From Bacteroidota bacterium (GTDB lineage: Bacteria; Bacteroidota; Rhodothermia; JANXDC01), in NCBI GenBank assembly GCA_025998875.1, contig AP024675.1:1641077-1705076 (forward strand): a stretch of 64,000 nt of DNA. The letters are read 5' to 3'. The notes under the pieces are model-generated. The model was not told the DNA's origin and made no database searches. It saw only the letters and a program-made list of their open reading frames with translations. Positions 59,569-64,000 of the stretch are shown piece after piece (positions within the stretch are counted from its first letter, which is position 1; each line of letters begins with the position of its first letter). A program made the translations under genes and the position numbers.

Positions 59569-61001
59569 CAGTAGGCTCCTTTTCCAAACAGCACCACGGG
59601 GATCGTTTTGAGCAGGATCCGAAAATCCAGGCCCAGCGACCAGTTGTCGATGTAGGCCAGGTCCAGCCGGATCCATTCTTCAAAGCGCAGGTCGCTGCGT
59701 CCGGAAATCTGCCACAGGCACGTGAGCCCCGGTTTTACCGCAAACCGGCGTTTGTAGCGCGGATCGGTAAAGCGCTGGTAGTCCCGGAGCGGCAGGGGCC
59801 TGGGGCCGACCAGGCTCATATCGCCCAGAAGCACGTTGATGAGCTGGGGTAGCTCATCGAGGCTATGCTTGCGCAGAAAGCGCCCGATCGGGGTTACGCG
59901 GGGGTCGTTGCGGATCTTGAACACGGGCCCATCGGCCTCGTTGAGCTCTTCGAGGGCGTCCTGCATCCGGTCTGCGCCCGGCACCATGGTGCGGAACTTG
60001 TAAAGCCGAAAGATTCGTTTGTGATACCCCACGCGCTCCTGTACGTACAACGCCGGCGCTCCGGGCGAAGTGAGGCGGATAAGCAGGGCGATGCCGAGCA
60101 TGAAGGGGAGCAAGAGGATGAGCCCGGTGAGCGCCCCGACGATATCGATTGCGCGTTTCAGGGTGCGCCGCCAGCCGCGGATGGGCTCGGCGATCAGGGT
60201 AAAATCCTCTTCCGTCTGCAGGAGCCGGGAAGGGATCCGAAGCGGGACCCCCAGCTCCTGGCACAGCCGGGTCAGGCGGCTGACTTCGTCGTAGTGTTCC
60301 AGGGGAAACCCGATCAGTACCTCGTCAACCACATGCTGATCGAGCAACCGGGGTAAGTCTTCCAGTGTGCCCAGAACAGGCACCTCTGTTCGCGGGAGAA
60401 CGGGTGCCAGTGTAGTGCTCGGCCCGTAGGGTACTTCGCTGTGATATACCTCCTCGTACCGAACAGGGAGTTCAAACGGCATGCGCACCATGCCCAGCAC
60501 CTCTGTTCCCCAGTCTGTGCGCTCCCTCAGGGTGCGGGCGATCCATTGAGCGGGTAAGCCCGTGCCGACGATCAGCACGCGCCAGCGATGCCGTTTCAGA
60601 TGCTCGTAATACAGCTCGGCCAGCAAGCGGAGCAGAGCCCTGGCCCCGATGCTGCCCAGGGAGAGGAAGGCTCCGAAGGCGACCGCCTGCCGTAAGGACA
60701 GGCGCCAGCTGGGGCCGATCAGTCCGAGCAGGCCGAGCAGGGAAATAAGGGAAAAAGCGGCGCCCAGCAGGCGGACCCACTCTTGGCGCAAAGGACCCGC
60801 GGCCGGACCCAGACGGTACGTATCCCACCAGCGCAGGAGCACCATCCAGGCCCCCGACAGCAGCAAGATCCCCATGAGCTCTGAGGCGCCCAGCCCGATC
60901 GCAGTGGGCCGATAGAAGAGCGCGCTCAGCAGCCAGGCACCCAACACAACGGCCAGGTCCACAACCACGGTGGCCTGATATATGGGATCGCGGGGTTTCA
61001 T
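59568..61001 (-). CDS. Priming polyprenyl-phosphate sugar-phosphotransferase (WcaJ/WbaP-like)
   Basis: KRAIDI, YKFRTM, NDPRVTPIGRFLRKHSLDELPQL.NVL.GDMSLVGPRP, KPGLTCLWQ. Confidence 0.93.
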   Translation of the reverse strand: MKPRDPIYQATVVVDLAVVLGAWLLSALFYRPTAIGLGASELMGILLLSGAWMVLLRWWDTYRLGPAAGPLRQEWVRLLGAAFSLISLLGLLGLIGPSWRLSLRQAVAFGAFLSLGSIGARALLRLLAELYYEHLKRHRWRVLIVGTGLPAQWIARTLRERTDWGTEVLGMVRMPFELPVRYEEVYHSEVPYGPSTTLAPVLPRTEVPVLGTLEDLPRLLDQHVVDEVLIGFPLEHYDEVSRLTRLCQELGVPLRIPSRLLQTEEDFTLIAEPIRGWRRTLKRAIDIVGALTGLILLLPFMLGIALLIRLTSPGAPALYVQERVGYHKRIFRLYKFRTMVPGADRMQDALEELNEADGPVFKIRNDPRVTPIGRFLRKHSLDELPQLINVLLGDMSLVGPRPLPLRDYQRFTDPRYKRRFAVKPGLTCLWQISGRSDLRFEEWIRLDLAYIDNWSLGLDFRILLKTIPVVLFGKGAY

Positions 61002-61005
61002 GGCC

Positions 61006-61938
61006 TCAGGCCGCCTGAGAACGCATTCGGTTCAATACCACGCCTACAAGGGGCAGTCCATGGGTCTCCAGGAAGCGACGTACGGCCAGGATCTCCGATC
61101 GCCGCGTTCTGGCCCGCTGGGCCACACAGAGCGCCGCGGCGCGGACCCCCTCAAGCCAGTGTGCCCCGGTGGGGCTGGAGCCCACATCAAGTAGAACCCA
61201 GCGGAAGCGAAGCTTCATCTCGCCTAGCAGTACCCGCAGCCGATCGATGGCCTGGGGATTGAAGAGCGCCTCCTGCAGCCGCCTCCCGGCCGGTAACACC
61301 CAGAGGGGGTAGGAGCCGATGCGGTGAAAGTAGGCGGCGCTGAGCTCTTTCCCGGCCAGATAATCCGTCAGGCCCGAGGAGCTCCGAATCCCGAAGAGGC
61401 GATCCAGGCTCGGGTTTTCGAGATGAAAGTCGATCAGCAACACGGGGGCAGGGTCATGCCGGCCCTCCATGCCGGAGGCCAGGGTGAGGGCCAGTCCCGC
61501 CGCAATGGTCGTGGCTCCTGCGGCCCGATGGGGAGCGAGCACGGCCAGCGCGTTGTCCAGGTGGGCCTCTGGGGTTGTCTGCACCCGTTCGAGGATTTTC
61601 ACGAATGCGGGCCGGTGCTCCGCAAAGCGGACAAGCGGTCGGTACTGACCCAACACGATGCCCGGCACAGAGGCGCTGTGGGCGAGGTCCACTCCGGAAA
61701 TGGCCGGCAGGGTGGGATTCGGCACAAGGATCGGGTTCCGATCCGGCAAGACCGACTCCTGCGCCACCGCCGGGATCGCCACCTGTTCCGAAGCCACTAC
61801 GACTGCCGTTCGGGCTGATTTGGAGACGTCCTTCCGAGTCTCCGCTCCGCGGCTGTGGTAGTAGACCCATCCGAGCAAGGCCCCGATCAGGAAGGCCACC
61901 CCGACAAACAGGGCCACGACAACAGGAAGGCTCATCAC
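61006..61938 (-). CDS. CpsD/CapB-like tyrosine-kinase-fold protein with degenerate motifs
   Basis: BY-kinase layout (..GATTIAAGLA, VLLIDFHLENPSL, GLTDYL, VLPAG, VLLDVG, GVVLN) plus an N-terminal TM. Confidence 0.7.
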   Translation of the reverse strand: MMSLPVVVALFVGVAFLIGALLGWVYYHSRGAETRKDVSKSARTAVVVASEQVAIPAVAQESVLPDRNPILVPNPTLPAISGVDLAHSASVPGIVLGQYRPLVRFAEHRPAFVKILERVQTTPEAHLDNALAVLAPHRAAGATTIAAGLALTLASGMEGRHDPAPVLLIDFHLENPSLDRLFGIRSSSGLTDYLAGKELSAAYFHRIGSYPLWVLPAGRRLQEALFNPQAIDRLRVLLGEMKLRFRWVLLDVGSSPTGAHWLEGVRAAALCVAQRARTRRSEILAVRRFLETHGLPLVGVVLNRMRSQAA

Positions 61939-63332
61939 GTCGTCTCCCGTATTTCGCCGACAACGGGAATCCCCGTGCGCGAGATATCCGCCGGAGCCAG
62001 GATCACCTCATCCCGGTAAGCGCGAGCCAGGGCCACGGCGATACCCCCGCTCAGACCGAAAAGGAAAGCCAGGCCCAGGTTGAGCAACCAGTTCGGGCTT
62101 GAGGGCAGTCCGGGCACGTTCGGCGAGCTGATCGTGTTGATGGCGATCTCCTGTTGCAGACGCAACATGGCGATGCGCGCCTCTTCCCGCTGCCGCAGGA
62201 GGGCGTTGTAGACCTGATCGTTTTCCCCGATGGCCCGGCGCAGCCGCTCGTAGGTGGTCTCCTGGTCGATCAGGCCAGAGATCTGCCCCCGGAGCCGATC
62301 CAGTTCGGCCTGTAGCTGGCGTTCGGCCGCGGCAAGTCCGGCGATGCCCACGCGTTCCTGCTCAATGGACTGGTTGATTTCGGTGAGCAACTGCTGGCGG
62401 GTTTCCCGGATCTGCTGCTCGATCTGCCGCATCTCCGGGTACTGAGGCGTGTAGGTTTCGGCCAGTTTAGCGCGCTGGATAAGCAGCTCAGCGAGTCGAT
62501 TCCTCAGACTTACCAGCGTTCCCGTTTGGCTCAGGCTGTTGGTCACATCCGTAGAGGGTATGCTGGTGAGTTGACCGCTCTGGATGGCCTGTTCCAGCTC
62601 GCGCAGGCGGGTTTCCCGCTCCAGACGCTGGGCTCGAATTTCGGTCAGCCGCTGAGCCAGGGCCAAGATCTGGTCAGCCAGCAGGCGTCGCTGCACCTCG
62701 GGAGAGATGAAGTTGCGCGACTTCTGGAACTCCAGCTGCTGGGCCTCCAGATCGCGCAGCTTCTGCTCTGCCTCCCGCACCTGGGCCTCGAAGAACTGAT
62801 ACGTGCGGGTCCGGTTGTAGAGCCGGGAGCGGAAGTCGCGGTACGTATCGATGAGGGCCTGCAGAACGGCCGCCGCGCGCTCCGGGTTGGTGTCCGAATA
62901 CTGCAGCCGGATCACCCCCGCGTCGCGGAGGGGTTCGGTTTTGAGCCGAGACCAGAATCGCTTGATCACCCGGTCCAGGTGCTCCCGTTCATTGGCCGCA
63001 CCGGTGGAGATGGCCCGGTCCAGACCGGTTTTGCGTACCACTTCTTCCGCGATGGGCCGACTGCGCATGATCTCGATGTCGGCCATCACGATCTGTTCGA
63101 TATTCCGGGGCTGAACCGTAGTGCCCAGGAGCGTGGCGATCTCCGACTGGGGATCGCGCTCCAGGAGGATTCGGGCCTCCGAGGTATATAGCTTGGGCAA
63201 CAGCGCCGTTACCAGCGCGACTGTGCCGACTACGGCCAGCAGGAAGAATACGATCAGGTACCAGTACCGCCGGAAAGCGGTCTGTACTGTGTACCCGAGG
63301 GCCTGATAGGGCGTCGTTTCCATGGCGCTCAC
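61935..63332 (-). CDS. GumC/Wzz-type polysaccharide co-polymerase
   Basis: TM - PKLYTSEARIL - long coiled coil with YTPQYP - PSSP - TM. Confidence 0.88.
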   Translation of the reverse strand: MSAMETTPYQALGYTVQTAFRRYWYLIVFFLLAVVGTVALVTALLPKLYTSEARILLERDPQSEIATLLGTTVQPRNIEQIVMADIEIMRSRPIAEEVVRKTGLDRAISTGAANEREHLDRVIKRFWSRLKTEPLRDAGVIRLQYSDTNPERAAAVLQALIDTYRDFRSRLYNRTRTYQFFEAQVREAEQKLRDLEAQQLEFQKSRNFISPEVQRRLLADQILALAQRLTEIRAQRLERETRLRELEQAIQSGQLTSIPSTDVTNSLSQTGTLVSLRNRLAELLIQRAKLAETYTPQYPEMRQIEQQIRETRQQLLTEINQSIEQERVGIAGLAAAERQLQAELDRLRGQISGLIDQETTYERLRRAIGENDQVYNALLRQREEARIAMLRLQQEIAINTISSPNVPGLPSSPNWLLNLGLAFLFGLSGGIAVALARAYRDEVILAPADISRTGIPVVGEIRETT

Positions 63333-64000
63333 CTCGTTGTGACCTGGTACAGAATCAAAGCCTGGATAGCCGCATTGATCGGCGGGATCAAGCTATTATA
63401 AACCCGGGTCATAAAGTTTTCGATGTCATAGATCACGGTAGTGGGCACGTAGATGATATCCCCCGCCTCCAGCGGCACGTTCAGTTCCGGTCTTCGGCTC
63501 ACCGAACCGGCGCGCAGGTCGAGCCGATAGGCGCGGTACCGGCCGTCTTCGCCGCGGCGCAAGAGCATAACGCTCTGGCGTTTGGCGGAGGGCCGGAAGC
63601 TTCCCGCCATCGCAATGGCCTTGAGCACGGTCATGTTCGGTTGCATGATCTGAAGGCCGGGCTCGTTGACCTCCCCGACCACGAAAACGGCCTGGTTGGC
63701 GGCGATATGCACGATCACCGTCACCTCCGGATTGCGGAGGATGACGCTGTAGGCCTCCTCAACCCGCCGTTTGAGGTCGTTGGGTGTAAGCCCGGCCGCG
63801 ACCACATCGCCCAGGTAGGGAAGCGAGATGCGCCCATCGGGCCGGACCGTGACAGTTTGGTTGAACTGATCCGTCTCCTGGAACTTGAATTCGAGCACAT
63901 CACCGACGTTGATCCGGTAATTGCCCGGGGATAAGGTAGGCAGCTCCTGAGCCGATCCCTGCGCGCTCTGCTCCGCAACGCGGCGCGAAGAGCCGCATCC
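63329..64000 (-). CDS. Wza-like polysaccharide export lipoprotein (5' end outside window)
   Basis: Frame stays open to the window edge: GCGSSRR...YRINVGDVLEFKF...VRPDGRISLPYLG...VVGEV..PG...L.AGDIIYVP. Confidence 0.9.
   Translation of the reverse strand, partial: GCGSSRRVAEQSAQGSAQELPTLSPGNYRINVGDVLEFKFQETDQFNQTVTVRPDGRISLPYLGDVVAAGLTPNDLKRRVEEAYSVILRNPEVTVIVHIAANQAVFVVGEVNEPGLQIMQPNMTVLKAIAMAGSFRPSAKRQSVMLLRRGEDGRYRAYRLDLRAGSVSRRPELNVPLEAGDIIYVPTTVIYDIENFMTRVYNSLIPPINAAIQALILYQVTTR

Overview
High-GC (roughly 60-65%), gene-dense chromosomal window from a Bacteroidota/Rhodothermota-like bacterium. This assignment is inferred from the GWxTD protein, DUF4293, bS22-type peptide, BtuB-BtuG operon and TAnnTTTG motifs. 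Content, left to right: the start of an arginine operon (argG, a DUF1611-like P-loop protein, argC); a secreted M20 peptidase; pyrG; a cobalamin-riboswitch-controlled uptake operon; rimO-ftsY-pgsA-like-purF; rpsF-ssb-rpsR-rplI; dsbD-korAB-def-fmt-glgP; an Lrp-hppD-fahA-hmgA tyrosine catabolic operon; dusB-folC-PhzF; gdhA; an icd-family gene; and an exopolysaccharide/glycosylation cluster that runs off the right edge. No rRNA, tRNA, CRISPR array or mobile element was seen. The best finding is absent from the ORF track: a complete-looking ribosome-mediated transcription attenuator in front of argG. It comprises a TTGACA-N17-TACACT promoter, an Arg-rich leader peptide with CGA-CGA-TCC-CGA-CGA, mutually exclusive 1:2 / 2:3 / 3:4 helices and an intrinsic terminator. 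The operon it controls also carries an uncharacterised DUF1611-like enzyme that may replace a canonical arginine-pathway step. All functional calls come from motif recognition only; no database searches were run.
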